Shown piece after piece: positions 29,641-42,246 of a stretch of DNA of 64,000 bases (its first letter is position 1; every line of letters starts with the position of its first letter). The notes under the pieces were generated by a model. It saw nothing but the letters and a program-made list of their open reading frames with translations, did no database searches and had not been told where the DNA came from. The DNA is from Cyanidioschyzon merolae. Lineage: Eukaryota. Location: the NCBI GenBank assembly GCA_000091205.1, contig AP006501.2; one strand, written 5' to 3'. Both the position numbers and the translations under genes were made by a program.

Positions 29641-30379
29641 GAACCGCTTTACACGCTCTCTTCTTCAGAGTGTCTACGCTATACCGCAAACCGGCTTGTC
29701 GAGGTGCTGTTTTGGGAGCTGGTCGTCGCGAGCTGTGCTGGACGCTGGCCAACGCGTCAGTGCGAGTCTGCTGGGCACCAGGCAGGAGCTCCGTCTAACG
29801 CAACAGCGGGAGCAGCGCGTTCTCCGGCACTCGTTCTCGACGCAATTGAACCCTGGTGGAACAGAGCGCGCGCAGCGGTCGCTCGAGTCCCTTCTGGATC
29901 GCCCAGCGCAAGTGCTGTTCCTGACGGAGCTCTGGAGAGGCCTTGGGAACCTGCTCGACATATTCTTCGACCCAAAAGCGATGTACACCATCAACTATCC
30001 CCAGGAAAAAACTCCTGTCTCACCGAGGTTTCGGGGTGAGCACGCCTTGCGACGTTACCCAACTGGCGAGGAGCGCTGCATCGCCTGCAGTCTGTGCTCC
30101 GCGGCGTGTCCGGCACTGGCGATCACCATCGAGGCAGAGCCCCGACCAGACGGCTCCCGGCGAACAACGCGCTACGATATTGACGGCTCCAAGTGCATTT
30201 ACTGTGGGTTATGTCAGGAAGCGTGCCCCGTCGACGCAATTGTGGAGTCCCCTACGCTCGAGAGCGCCGTAGAAACCCACGAGGAGCTGCTCTGGAACAA
30301 GGAGAAGCTTCTCTCAAACGGCGATCGATGGGAGCCCGAGCTCGCCCGAGCTATCGAGGCAGATGCCCCGTATCGCTGA
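29639..30379 (+). CDS. NDUFS8: NADH:ubiquinone oxidoreductase 23-kDa subunit TYKY (NDUFS8/NuoI homolog), nuclear-encoded with presequence
   Basis: The C-terminal 150 aa are close to identical in pattern to TYKY: two 4Fe-4S motifs ([12 protein letters not shown] and [12 protein letters not shown]), [33 protein letters not shown] and [16 protein letters not shown]. The N-terminus is R/S-rich. Confidence 0.9.
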   Translation: MNRFTRSLLQSVYAIPQTGLSRCCFGSWSSRAVLDAGQRVSASLLGTRQELRLTQQREQRVLRHSFSTQLNPGGTERAQRSLESLLDRPAQVLFLTELWRGLGNLLDIFFDPKAMYTINYPQEKTPVSPRFRGEHALRRYPTGEERCIACSLCSAACPALAITIEAEPRPDGSRRTTRYDIDGSKCIYCGLCQEACPVDAIVESPTLESAVETHEELLWNKEKLLSNGDRWEPELARAIEADAPYR

Positions 30380-31009
30380 ACGCGGTGGAGCGGCCACCTG
30401 GCGACTCCTGAACACGCACCCGAGTGTTTGCTGCTCGCCATGCATTGCGATGGCTGCATCCGATTCGACGGGAGTCTGCATCCGCAGTGCACTGCAACGA
30501 CCGCTTGTAGCGACCAGTACCGATATCATTCGCAGACAGGAACAGGGACACGTCGCGGCATCTACAGCTTAGTCGCGGTCACTGTGTCGCTTCGGGACGA
30601 TGCGGGCGTATCGCGATCCTGCTTGCCAAGTTGTAAAGATGCACGCGAATTATGTCGCGTGAAGCGCGGCAGCAGCCTCGGATTCCTCCTTCAACAAGAG
30701 CGAGCGTTATCAACTGCTGTGCGCGGGGTTCATCGGAAGCCGCACGTGTCCCGTGACAGTTCCAAGTCGTTTGGTACCCGAAACCAACGACCTCGGAGCG
30801 CGTCTGTTGACGGGCGATTTCGCTCCGCCACGCAGCAGCACTGATGGTATCTTGTCCGTTGTGCGCGGTGGACGGACACCCAGGCACAGCGCTCAAGCAG
30901 TGCTGGTAAGCACGATACCTTGCAGGCGTCTGTATGGTACTCCTGCGCACTGGGGCTCGTGCTCAGCTGCAGGCGTTCCGCACCAGTCGTTGGCCCGCAA
31001 GAATGCCAC

Positions 31010-32146
31010 TCAGTACGTTTCATCCTCGGATGTGTCGATCGACCTGCTCTCGCCAACGACCAAGGATCGCGTTCTGGGAGGCGACTTGCGTCTCCAGGCT
31101 CGCTGCGGATGCATTGCGAGGAGCTGGTAAACGTCATGCGTCAAGCGCTGCCGCGCGATACCCAGCGTCGTTCCGCCCATCATCACAGCTAGCACAGCAA
31201 GAAGCATCAGGCACGCGACGCTCTTATAGGAAATCGAATCCATGAAACCATTCACGGCCTCGGCGAGTGTCTCCATGATCAAGCTCGCCCTATTCATGAC
31301 GAGCTGCGTCGGTGTCTGACCTGCGCACCGTTCCCAGCTTTGGCACTGTTCCCGCATGTGCGGAACAACCTGTGCATCATCGAAACAACGATTCATTTGA
31401 AAACTTCGTTGGCACTGCTCGATGTGCCGAGCTGCCTGTGTGTACTGATGCGCCACTTTTCGCGAAACGTCCGTGTAAAAGCTGCGTCCGAAAAACACGA
31501 ACACGAAGAGCAACACAGTGAGCAGGACTATGTTTAGCGCCAGCTGCACGTATCCAACGACAACATACGGCCAGTAGACTTGCTCGACGAGGGCCAGCAC
31601 GGAAGGCTCGCGAGTCGGCCTTGCTTGCGACGTGCAGGGGTCGCGTCGACGGCCTGCAAGACTTCGCTCACCCGGATACGAGGCAGGAGGAGTCAGCGTG
31701 CTTCGTGCACCGGAGCTGTTGAGGCGTTCCACTGGTACTTGATCTGGTTCACGGCTCGAAAAGGGACGTAACGCAACGTCTTTTAAAACTGGGTTAGCGT
31801 TGGGGAAAACGCCCTGCTCAACCAGCCCAACCGTTCTTCGCGGAGTGCTGATTACTCCAGCCGCAAGGCCGTACTCATCGACCAGAGTTTCGTCTCGGTA
31901 GGTTGCATCTTCATCAACATCCATCCGCTCCGTCATTGTTCCCGCTGCGTTTCGACCTGTCCAAGCCCAAGTCGCGTAACAACCCGGTAGACGTCGCAGG
32001 GCGAGCAACTCGCAGTCCAGCGTTTCCTGTGGCTGCATCTCGCAGGGTGCAGGCGATGCGCTGCTCTGCAAAGCGTTCTTCTCATCGGGTTGAATCGACG
32101 AATCTATTCTCAGCGGTATGGAGTGATGGATACCATTATTTTTCAC
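31010..32146 (-). CDS. Brr6/Brl1-like nuclear-envelope integral membrane protein (tentative)
   Basis: A TM helix, then a Cys-rich lumenal module (HIEQCQRSFQMNRCFDDAQVVPHMREQCQSWERC), then a second TM helix (VACLMLLAVLAVMMGG). This layout is typical of the Brr6-like C-terminal domain. Confidence 0.5.
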   Translation of the reverse strand: MKNNGIHHSIPLRIDSSIQPDEKNALQSSASPAPCEMQPQETLDCELLALRRLPGCYATWAWTGRNAAGTMTERMDVDEDATYRDETLVDEYGLAAGVISTPRRTVGLVEQGVFPNANPVLKDVALRPFSSREPDQVPVERLNSSGARSTLTPPASYPGERSLAGRRRDPCTSQARPTREPSVLALVEQVYWPYVVVGYVQLALNIVLLTVLLFVFVFFGRSFYTDVSRKVAHQYTQAARHIEQCQRSFQMNRCFDDAQVVPHMREQCQSWERCAGQTPTQLVMNRASLIMETLAEAVNGFMDSISYKSVACLMLLAVLAVMMGGTTLGIARQRLTHDVYQLLAMHPQRAWRRKSPPRTRSLVVGESRSIDTSEDETY

Positions 32147-34987
32147 GACTTGTGTATAGGGAAACAGTCCTTGGTGTATACATCATGTGCTACGGCCCTG
32201 CCGCATCGCTGAATCTTTCGATATGAATGCTTTATCCAGATGAGAATCCAATGATCTTTCTCATGGCCAGTGAGTTTTCATCAAGAATCTGTAGCATTTC
32301 AGCACCAAGCAGCAGTGAGTGCGAAACGATATCCTCGAAAACATCGCCGGTGACGTCCTTTCCATGGTCTGAAAGCATGAGATGGTTCCCAGTATTGATC
32401 GAGGAGTTCGTGCCTCGGTAAAGGAAAGTGATGGCGCGCAATGTTGCTGGTGGAATCATCCTATAGCAAGCACATCATCTTCGATTTCGACGCCATCTAA
32501 AGTTTGCTCTGGTTACCCTACACCAGCCTGTACATGCCTCTCTGTTTCTCCACCGGTTTGACGACGAACGTTTGCTCTTTATGGGTGTGGCTCTTCCTAA
32601 ACGCATCGATAGGAAACCTGCAGAATCCATTCCAGCGTTCGTCGTACGCTGTCGTCGAAGGAGCGCATGTTCAGAGGTTGCGCACGACAGCACGCCCAGC
32701 GCCCGAGGCTAACAATACAATGCGATGCTTGTCGTCTGTCGTTCCCGTTCCCAGCTTATTGAACGGGTTGGTTAACGCACGAGCCCTGCGCCGTGCAACG
32801 GAAACCATTGGCGACACCAATACGTTCTTACGATCGTTCGTCAGATATCACCCGTATGCGCCATTTGGACGCTCCTATACCCTCTCCGAATGAAGAGTAC
32901 CAGGCATTCCCCTGCTTGATGCAATCCTCAGATGGCTGGTACATATGCGGCCGCGGTCATACAATCTGTACCCGCACCTCCTGGCGTCCGTGATACCCGG
33001 CTCTTGATACCAACCAGCCTTTAAATATGCAGAACCGCTTCATCTGTCTTCCGTCCAGTTTTTTGATTCCGCTCTCTTGATTTGGAGGTACCGCATCAGC
33101 TAATACGCAATGAAACAAGGGATGCGAGCACACAAACCAGTCTCGCTCTTCATCTACTTTGACAGTCGAAAATGCTTCTCGTTGCTCGACAAAGGCTGAG
33201 GTTTCATAACGGGCATGCGGATGCGTATTCCGCTGGTCACAGTCATTCCTGAAAACTTGTTTCTAATTCCTCCAGGCAACTGAAAAACCTTGAACGAGCT
33301 CCGCTTCTGCCCAACTCGACGTTCAACGATTCCTATGTACTTGCTCGCAGAGACGGGCAATAGCTCACTGAGGAGACCATGCATAACAAAAGCGTCCGCG
33401 GTGGTAGGTCTTGATCTTGAATACGAGTGTTCTATAGAGTAGACGCTTCAGAAGGCGAGCGCGCTCGGATTCCAGAAGCGGACCCCGTTTGCTCTAGAGT
33501 TCTCTGTTCTGAAACATGTATTAGCGAGAGACGAATGCAAGGTCGGCAGTTGTCAAGTTTCAACGAATGTTTTAGATACGACATCCATCGGTGCACGGCC
33601 GAGAGCAACACAGCGGGCTTGGATGATCAGAGGCGACTATCTCACTCTCGTTACGACGTCCTTTCCGACCCTGTTACAGAGTCGATTTCTTCCGTCATCA
33701 ACGGCTGGCTATTTGGTGGCATCAGCACCTCAGGACTGTAGTTTCCAAGTCCGCACTTTTCTAGGCCAGTGCGGAGAGCGTGCAGAACCCGCAGTACGCG
33801 CTTCAAGGAACGTTCGAGATCGATCCTCATATGGTGATGGAGGTTGATTTGATACTTTTGGCACCTGCGTTGGGCATATGACGATCGCAGATGTGGCACG
33901 GGAACGCGTCAAACCATACTGAAAAGCGCCTCTGCAAATCTCTGATACTGCGATCAGGCCGTATTCCAGCCTCTGTGCGGAACATCAGCAGCGTCTTCAC
34001 ACCAAGGTCTGACTGAGAAGTTCTGGGGGAATGCGGACAGCTGCCCGCCCCACGTCCGAAACTCATACAAAAATCAGCTTCTCGAGATGCTTCAAGGCGT
34101 GAGAAGCTGGGCGAGGCCTCTGTGGGTAATAAGACGCGTGATCAACAATGCCATGCCGCATATAGCGTTGTCCCGAATGCGAACGACTCGTCAATGGATC
34201 CGTGAACGTCGAAATGACGTCTGGCAACGAATGACAGTTTTGAATGCATTGAACCAAGCAGAATAGGCTCGCAGCCGCGTCCACCTTGACAGTTTGGGAG
34301 GCATGGAAAGCGACGTCTTCTAGCGGCAGGACAGAAGAATGTGGGCGGTAGACGCCAAGAAGAGTGCTTCGAGGAAGCATGAGGTGTTGCGCGATCCTGT
34401 ACATCTGGTGAGTTTTAGGCTAACGCATGATATAAATCACGCCCCGGCTGATGTTATCGTCTTTATCACTTGTCGCTGCTTTACAAATAGCAGTTTGGAA
34501 CCCGTTGAGCACCCAAATACACGTCTCCCATCTGTCTCGAACAAAGTCTCATCGAACGAGACGAATACCCGTCAATCATGGGTGAAGCTTTCGGATCTCA
34601 ATACGATATCGAGTTTAGATTATCCAACGCACGACAGCCTCCCGTAGACGCGTACCCGTTTCTTTCATCATCCTCGTCTCTTCGCCAACGCTCGTATCAA
34701 AGGTGCGAAAACCTCAAATCCTGTCGCGTCTTGCATAGTATTTCATAAAGAGCACATGGTTTCGGATGGAAACGTGTCGAGATAGTCCTGGAGATGGCGT
34801 TGGATAAGCTCCGTGTATGGTAAAGGTCGTTCAGGATTGGGACAACGAGACCGGCGGTTCATCCGCCTGGTCACTCCTGAATAACAGATTTGTACCATTG
34901 ACGTCTTTTCTTTCGCAATACAGAACTGAGGGCATGAAATGTTCCCGCGACATTTCTCCAACCTATGGGGTACAATCCGTTTATTGA

Positions 34988-35752
34988 ATGCCTATGAAGA
35001 GAGCGAAAAAGAACAAAGAAGCGCGCTGCTACAAGTGCTCCAGAATTGACTCCTCTGTGTATAACAGAATCGCACCGCTTTGGAGGACAAACTGCACAGC
35101 CGACGTTATCCTCGCGCCCACACGGTTCCTCAAGAAGCCGCACCTGATTGAGGGACGACGAGTCTACCACACATTCGGGTTCTGGCTCGCTGAAACCCAT
35201 CACATACTAGAATGGAAACCGTCCATCAAGCTAGCTCGGGAGTGCAATCTAAAGTTTGAATCTCGTCCCGTCGTCATCAGCACCGTCATTTACGGGCTTT
35301 TTGTGTGGCTGCTTCTGTTTTCTCTGTTCTATCTCGCGCTTGGGATACACCGGTCACTCCATTCCCGCTGGCTCGATTTTCAGCAGGCGGGCAATGTAGA
35401 ATACAGCGTCCAAGTCCCTATTGCACAGCTTACGACTGTTGCCGACGCATTTGATGCACAGACAGGAGTTGCGATCTGCGCTTCGCTTCCTACGTTCATC
35501 ACCTTTGGGTACAGCGTCGGTGCGAGCCTCCGCAGCGATATCACTCGCTTGTGGTCATGTGTTACCGCACAGGTCCACTACAGCTCCTCTTCATCCGAGA
35601 GCCTCCTGGCGGCGAATGAACACTTGCCTCATCGCTTGGTACATGCTCTTGACAAAAAAGGAAGGCTAAACTCGATGCCGTTCTCCGTTTCCGCACCCGG
35701 CGCCCTACGCTTTGATCACGGGCTCCGTCTGGGCGACCTCCCTGGTGAGTAG
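34988..35752 (+). CDS. Hypothetical membrane protein
   Basis: 254-aa ORF with one strong TM segment (VISTVIYGLFVWLLLFSLFYLALGI). No family recognised. Confidence 0.25.
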   Translation: MPMKRAKKNKEARCYKCSRIDSSVYNRIAPLWRTNCTADVILAPTRFLKKPHLIEGRRVYHTFGFWLAETHHILEWKPSIKLARECNLKFESRPVVISTVIYGLFVWLLLFSLFYLALGIHRSLHSRWLDFQQAGNVEYSVQVPIAQLTTVADAFDAQTGVAICASLPTFITFGYSVGASLRSDITRLWSCVTAQVHYSSSSSESLLAANEHLPHRLVHALDKKGRLNSMPFSVSAPGALRFDHGLRLGDLPGE

Positions 35753-37001
35753 TCTGTCCGCAGCATGTACGAGCACGCGCTGCTCTACTCATTAGGGCAT
35801 TAGCGGAAGGCGATGTTCTTCGTGATCAGACGAGGGCTAGATGGCAGATCCAAGCTGGAGGACAAATCGCGAAATTTCTACCCGAATATGCCGCCGTCCG
35901 GCAAATCGGTTACACAGGCCCAATAGAGGCGATCGCTGCGATGACAGAAATCCACGATCAAGATCATTTTCCACGCAAGCACAAGAGCCAGGAGTCTGTG
36001 CGAGCGGATCTCGTTCGAGACATCATGCTGCTGTTGAATGTCGTATCAGAGATGTACACAAAAGAACCACACATACATGTAGAGCGGATCCATCTACGAC
36101 GTGAAAAGTTCAGTGAACTTTCGGCATGAGCTTCTGCGAAAACTCTATAACGGCCGACGTCGAGATGATGTCGTCGTCAATACAGCAGCACGACTTGCTG
36201 CGCCCGCGATTTGCTTTCAACAAGAACTTCAGCAAACTTGCAGAATGTGCGGTCCCAGTATGCTATATGTAAGGCATGGAGCAGAGTGGCGGCTTGCGCC
36301 CACGACTTGATGATCAAATCGTTCATTGTACGTACCGTTGATCGAGTGTATCGCGAATCATCTCAAATCCGGTGACTCAACAGGTTCTAATCGAAAAGTA
36401 TCGAAGCAGTCACTCCGAAAACACAACTTGGATCCGAACTTCAGGTATAAAATCGGATACCTCTGTTGCTGCACTTCGAATGTCAACGCTGTATATCTAC
36501 GACAGGGGTCGGGGGAAACGATAAACAGGAACCGATCGCGTATTTCTGTGCTCCATTTTCATTTTTCTCCGTAGAGGTGTAGGATCAGGAATCGTGGTCA
36601 AAACACCTCTAGTGCGTGAACATTACGAGTCCGTAGCAAAGTGACCGTAGCGCTTCAAGAGTCTCGATCCCAGTCCACCAGCCTCAGCGCAGTGTCCCCC
36701 GAAAGCACGGGCTTGGCCCAGCGATCCTCGTGATGTACGGCCTGCTTCAGCGCCTACTGTGCCGCCGGACACCCCGACCCCGACACACGCACCATCTTGA
36801 AACCAAAAGCGTAGCGGTGCGTTGCAGCTGTTGGATCCCAAGCGGCAACCGGACACGGAACGCGAGGCGTTTCAGATGACATGACGCAAATCGCAATTTG
36901 AATCGCATCGGAGTTAAAACAAAGCTTCAGCAGTTGCCTGGTAGTGCGCTGTCGTACAACTGGGCTGCAACGGATCCGCAGCTGACTTTTGAACGTTCTG
37001 G

Positions 37002-37808
37002 ATGGGTCAGTGTGTAAGTGGCGCTTACAATCATGAAGACGACAGCTTCGTATCCATGAGGCAGCTCCTGGAGCGATACGGGAAGTATCTCTACGAGGCA
37101 CGGCCGGATCCCACTATTCAGGATATTGTGTTGTTCTGCAAAGTTTGTAAAGTTCTACCCAGTTTGAGAATAATCTTTGAAATCCCCGTAAGCACTGGGA
37201 GAGACGTTTGGACACAAGAGACATCAAAGTCGTTTTCTGGAAGGCCACGACGAAGACGTGCACTGGCAGATGAGGAAACCGAGGTATGGATAGATGAAAA
37301 CGAGCACGTCGAGACTTGTACCCGGCCCGGAGGAAAAAGCGCACGACTCTCCTTCGATTCGAACCACGCAAACAACACACCGTTGTTCCGTCGCGTGCGG
37401 GCAGAGCTTCGTGGTCTCTGCTTCGAGGCGCGTACAAGCTGGGTGGCCACGCAGATGCATCACGTCCTGACGCAATTGCTTCCTTCTCAGATGATGGCAC
37501 AGCTATGGATCTCAGCATACAAATTAGATGGATCTGTGGTTGCGGACGTTCTCAGGCTCGAAGACCGATTGCATATAAACAGAACGCTGCTCGTTACTGG
37601 TTGGGGATGCCTGCACCCCAGTATGCGAAAAGAACGAATTCTGGAGGAGCTCGAAGGATATGCGAGGCGGCATCGATGCGGAATCTGGGCGTTCCCGAAA
37701 GAGACGAAATCGTTCAACAGCACGCCCCGCAAGCACGTCCCCAGATCACGTTGTCGATCCCTAGCAGAAAGTCAGCATCGAGCACATTTATACGCATGTG
37801 AGCAATAA
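37002..37808 (+). CDS. Hypothetical protein with N-myristoylation-type start (MGQCVS)
   Basis: 268-aa ORF. The N-terminal MGxxxS motif is seen directly. The C-terminal GIWAFPKE weakly resembles the SNase-like C-terminus (GLWA). Confidence 0.35.
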   Translation: MGQCVSGAYNHEDDSFVSMRQLLERYGKYLYEARPDPTIQDIVLFCKVCKVLPSLRIIFEIPVSTGRDVWTQETSKSFSGRPRRRRALADEETEVWIDENEHVETCTRPGGKSARLSFDSNHANNTPLFRRVRAELRGLCFEARTSWVATQMHHVLTQLLPSQMMAQLWISAYKLDGSVVADVLRLEDRLHINRTLLVTGWGCLHPSMRKERILEELEGYARRHRCGIWAFPKETKSFNSTPRKHVPRSRCRSLAESQHRAHLYACEQ

Positions 37809-37849
37809 AACGAGAATCGTTCTACAACTATGCAGGGTAAACATATATG

Positions 37850-38405
37850 TATCCATTCACAGACATCTCCCAGCCTATTTTGAACAAGCGCATGCTACCG
37901 GTTTCAGTGTTTATCCATGCAGATTTCGAGCCTGAGAGGCTGCTCCACAAAGTGAGATCGCGTCAGCACCTCGGATCTCGTCGTCAGCATCGCATATCGT
38001 TTGATATTGATTGCGGAATTGAAGTCTCGGGCCACGACCTTCATGCGTTTATCACCTTTGCTGGAACCCATCCATCCTACGATTCCTGTAACTCACACCC
38101 TCTGTGCCACTACAGTCTCGTCATCGCCCCATCGATCAGATATCTTTTCTCATCTATCTCCGTTTGGTTCTTCTTCCTCTTGTTCTTCGTTATTTGCACC
38201 TCTATGTTCGACGTTTGGCGCCAAGATGTATTTTCAGGTTTTTTCCCGGGAAACCGGCGATGATGACCCTCCTGGATCCCTGACTACCATGTCCATGTCT
38301 TTTGCTTGGATTTTTTACTTGCTCAAATGAACGCACTTCGAATGCATCAGCTACAAACCGCGAAAAAGCATTTGATGACATGCACCTGGATGTGGAATGC
38401 ATTTG
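37850..38405 (-). mobile_element. Short internally deleted Fanzor/TnpB-like derivative (copy F)
   Basis: Minus-strand ORF 38202..38402 encodes MHSTSRCMSSNAFSRFVADAFEVRSFEQVKNP.... Further down, the minus strand encodes ARDFNSAINIKRYAMLTTRSEVLTRSHFVEQPLRLEICMDKH (RuvC-III + tail). It is close to copy D and lies directly 5' of ALG14. Confidence 0.6.
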
Positions 38406-38485
38406 GCGTCTCTGAGCATGTAATACGATCTTTGTCTGGGATTTGTTGGCGGCCTTTACCCCTGCTTGGGGCTGCCAAGCCGAGT

Positions 38486-39322
38486 ATGTCTATATATGTA
38501 GGTCTTTTTGCGGTCACGGTAGTGCTAGGCATCGTGTTGATCTTTTCCAAGGGCGTGCTGCTCAGTTCCGCGAACTTGTCGCGGCGCTCGTGCTTCGCAC
38601 GGGAAGCTGAGCGTCGCCGAACGCAGTGCAGCAGCCCAAACAAGCGTGTTTTTGAGGAGCTCTGGGCAAGGAGACCTTTCGAAGAGCTGCGCATCGGAGC
38701 TGATCAGCCGTTGCACTTGCTGGTCGTGCTAGGATCCGGCGGGCACACAACAGAGATGCATAGGCTTCTCAGTCGTGACGGCGGCTTGCTCAGCGAGCGC
38801 TGGGTCGACGCCCCCGTCTGGGTGACGTTTGTATATGCAAAGACTGACAAACGCACCCCTCGTTGGATAGAGCGTTTTCAGAGTGACCTTCCTCCAGGCT
38901 TTCGCGTTCTGAACTGGGTGGCAGTGCCTCGCGCTCGTGAAGTTGGTCAGTCATGGATAACAAGTGTATTCACCAGCATCCACGCTTGTGCCAGTGCGGC
39001 GGGGTTGTTTCTTTCCAGCCACTCACTGGCAACGAACGATCGCATGCGAGCACCAGCACCTAATGTCGTACTATGCAACGGACCAGGAACCTGTGTGCCT
39101 TTTTGTCTGATAGCATTTATCGTTCGAATCTGGAACTCGTTGACGAGAACCAGACCTGCTAGCGCGTATCCAAGAATTATTTTCATCGAGACAGTCGCGC
39201 GTGTTTACAGCTTGTCTCTCACCGGGAAGATCTTGTACAGATTTGCAGATCGTTTTCTTGTGCAGTGGCCAGAGCTCGCCAGGCGTTACGTTTACGCTGA
39301 ATATTACGGACGTCTGGTGTAA
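38486..39322 (+). CDS. ALG14: UDP-GlcNAc transferase subunit ALG14
   Basis: N-terminal TM helix, then LLVVLGSGGHTTEM, NGPGTCVP and ETVARVYSLSLTGKILYRFADRFLVQWPEL, which are hallmark ALG14 motifs. The ORF part upstream of ATG 38486 belongs to copy F. Confidence 0.85.
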   Translation: MSIYVGLFAVTVVLGIVLIFSKGVLLSSANLSRRSCFAREAERRRTQCSSPNKRVFEELWARRPFEELRIGADQPLHLLVVLGSGGHTTEMHRLLSRDGGLLSERWVDAPVWVTFVYAKTDKRTPRWIERFQSDLPPGFRVLNWVAVPRAREVGQSWITSVFTSIHACASAAGLFLSSHSLATNDRMRAPAPNVVLCNGPGTCVPFCLIAFIVRIWNSLTRTRPASAYPRIIFIETVARVYSLSLTGKILYRFADRFLVQWPELARRYVYAEYYGRLV

Positions 39323-40401
39323 CACGAGCATGAGGCAGCGCACGTCGCATGTGGATGCATGCTGCTCCTCCAGTTCGCATGGCTGGATGCCACAGCACAA
39401 GCGCTGCGTGCGTTCGCTCGGCAGGCGACGCGAGGCTTGGAGTCTACTGGAGTGTTCCCAGGCAGAGGGGTGCGAGCTGCGTTTGTTTCGGCAGGTACTC
39501 TGAGGTGACGGCCAGCGGAAGACCACCATTGCATACATGGCCGCCATGGGTGTATCAGCACCCTGGATTAGGAGAATAGAGCGGTCTCGACTTTCCGCTC
39601 GCGCGAACGCGCCAAGGCATTGAGAGCAACGGGTCAAATGAAGTCACTGGGCGAAGGCGGGTACATTTTACGAACCTGAATGCGAAAATGCTCTAGTAGA
39701 ACGCATTCGACAGGCTCACCACGACTTGTGCACGGCACCTTGGCTCGCTAGAGCCTGGCAGATGCAAGTCAGTTCCCATAGCGGCTCGGTTGGTTGGAAT
39801 GCCTCCCGTGAAACCGCATTTGCAAATTGCCGAGAGAAGACTGCGCAAGCGAGAGGCTGATCATTATTGCCGACTTCGAAGGCGCTGACTCGGGGCATTC
39901 GACGAAAGCAAGACGTACCGGCACTGGCGCGCGTGTTCAGAAGAACCTGGCTTTTGCTCAGAGAGGCTAAGCTGCATCGCGTCAGAACCTTATCGGATCA
40001 TTTTACATGCCATTCTGCGGATATCCGCCGGGAAACGTTCGGCGAACCGGAAGTTGTTTTGTGAACTTAATCGACCAAACAATCATTCAGCATTGGCTAG
40101 AGAGAGCATGAAATATGTGCTGGAGTTGCATACTTAGGCGGATTGCCAGAAAGCATTTGCTCTCAGAACGAAATGCTTGCTAGCACAGCTCAAATTGCGC
40201 GATGAGGAGAATGTTCACGCCTAGGCGGGGCCTTCTTCATTCCGGGTGGCTCTTTCAACGAGCAGTGCAATGTTATAGAGACGTGAACGTCAATAATGAC
40301 CCATAGGATGTGTTATGCCTACGAGATATCTACAGGCTGCAGCCATCCGTCCCAACGCAAAGCTCAATCCTATATCTAAGCCCAACCAGAGTTCGATGCG
40401 A

Positions 40402-42246
40402 TCACTGCGCATTGTTTTGCGCGTTCGCAGAGTCTCTCGTGTCCGGTTTGTAGACGTAGACATGCGGCATAGACGCATCCGGCTGCTCTGGGATATCGCG
40501 CACAATAGGCATGCAGAAATGCTCTCCAGGTGACGGGGCGAGTTGCAAACCTCGAATACGGCGAGCTTGTGCGAGCGGATCGCCTCCGTCGAGCATGAAC
40601 AGCTCATATTCATACTCTTCCCTCATGAGCGTCTTTTCAAACAGAGATTCCTTCGTGTCTTCGGCGTACCGCTGGAAAAGGTCAGGCCAATCTTTTTGCG
40701 ATACCTCTGTGGGATATAGCATCTTTGTATCCATTTTGAAATACTTTTTGCCCATCTGCAAGAGTCGCTGTTCAAAGCCGCGACACAGGGCGGCGTGTTC
40801 CGCCTGCATGAAACTCGTCGAATACCCGCACACGCTCAGCGCCTTTTCGACGCAGATCATTTCTAGAAATCTCAAACGTTCACAGATGTCTGCGGGTTGA
40901 TAGGCGCAACGCCGCTCCTCTTGGTCGCGATACTGCAAGACGCGGACGGTCGTACGCTCAAGATCGAGCCGTTTCCGTTCAAGCGCATAGCGCCGTCGGC
41001 GATGCAGCGTCCCTGTCTCTCCAAGATACGAAGCATGCACGGTGCTTATCTGAGAACTAGCCGCTCTATCTAGAAAAATAGGCTTGAACATTGCACATTC
41101 GGTGTAGTGTTCACAGGTAAAAAGATGAAACCTGCGCGGAGCGTCCGGTGTGAGAACAGATATGAATGCCCCGGCTCGAATGGTGTGCTGGGTATCGCTC
41201 GCCTCGGGAAGCACCGACGAGGGCAAATCATGCTCTCGTACCATCTGGATCAAGCTGGCCAAGTCAAGCGGACTCAATGCCGCTCTAGATTTCAATTCCT
41301 TCATCCTATTCACGGAAGCGTTGAGATCACGTGATGATTCAGCCCCCGTCGGATGGAACAACATCCGAAAGTTGATTCTGCCCCGGCCCGATGCAGACGA
41401 TGAAGATCCCACCGCAACGAGGGATTCTAAAGAAGTCGAATAGGTTAGAGGTTCCTCAATGTATAGCTGATCCCTGTACAAGCATATCTCCTTCGAGGTC
41501 TTACTGAGTGCCCAGAAGCCGCTGGCTGTTTCTAGGAGCCAGGCACCGTGCGCGTCCACCAGGACGAAGCCTGGGGACCACTCCGTGCCTGCAGCACGCG
41601 CTGCGGCCTTTACACCTAGCAAGTCGACAATCTTCGAAAGAAGCTGGGCGGCGTGTAGAGCGGTCTTACCGAACCTAAGTGCTAGAAAGGTCAAGCACTC
41701 ACCGGTAACTTGGCCCTCCGGGGGTGTACCCATTGGCCTTGTTGCCGCAAACTTGAGTGCGACTGCAACGCCGTTCTCGTTGACACCGCTTACGACACCA
41801 TGGTCCTTTGATCCCTTATACGTCACGCACCGAAATGCTTCACGACCTTCGAGCAGCTTGGATAGGTGGGTGTTTTCGAGCTCTGGCAACAGGTTCCCTG
41901 TAACACTGTCAGAGTCTCCCGAAATCGATTTAGCGCAATCCTCAAAGAAAAGAACATCCTCGGGGCAACATAAAGAGTCCACTGCGAAAACTGTAGAGCA
42001 CGGGTCTCTCAAACTAGTTCTTTCACCCGGAATAACCCATAGAGTTTGCGCTCTTCGCAACATCGTATACCGCTTGTGTGTTTCCGCAGGCTCACATGGA
42101 GTGCGCGAAAATCGAACATGCGCATCTGGCTGGCGCCGACCGATCGCCGTCGCCAAATCAACCACCCGCGTTGCTGCCAGTGCGCCTGGTGCTTCATCGA
42201 GTTTCAGGAAGTTAGCCTCGATCCTGGTAATGTCAACGAGAATCAT
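40402..42246 (-). CDS. Secernin-like / peptidase C69-family protein
   Basis: GVNENGVAVALKFAATRP, LTFLALRFGKTALHAAQLLSKIVDLLG, FVLVDAHGAWLLETASGFWA and MFKPIFLD align with the secernin/C69 core (GANEHGVCIANEA, LVRLGLERGETAKEALDVIVSLLEEHG, YLIVDRDEAWVLETIGKYWA, IFKPFIFVDD). A possible nucleophile Cys is in RDPCSTVFAV. Confidence 0.6.
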   Translation of the reverse strand: MILVDITRIEANFLKLDEAPGALAATRVVDLATAIGRRQPDAHVRFSRTPCEPAETHKRYTMLRRAQTLWVIPGERTSLRDPCSTVFAVDSLCCPEDVLFFEDCAKSISGDSDSVTGNLLPELENTHLSKLLEGREAFRCVTYKGSKDHGVVSGVNENGVAVALKFAATRPMGTPPEGQVTGECLTFLALRFGKTALHAAQLLSKIVDLLGVKAAARAAGTEWSPGFVLVDAHGAWLLETASGFWALSKTSKEICLYRDQLYIEEPLTYSTSLESLVAVGSSSSASGRGRINFRMLFHPTGAESSRDLNASVNRMKELKSRAALSPLDLASLIQMVREHDLPSSVLPEASDTQHTIRAGAFISVLTPDAPRRFHLFTCEHYTECAMFKPIFLDRAASSQISTVHASYLGETGTLHRRRRYALERKRLDLERTTVRVLQYRDQEERRCAYQPADICERLRFLEMICVEKALSVCGYSTSFMQAEHAALCRGFEQRLLQMGKKYFKMDTKMLYPTEVSQKDWPDLFQRYAEDTKESLFEKTLMREEYEYELFMLDGGDPLAQARRIRGLQLAPSPGEHFCMPIVRDIPEQPDASMPHVYVYKPDTRDSANAQNNAQ

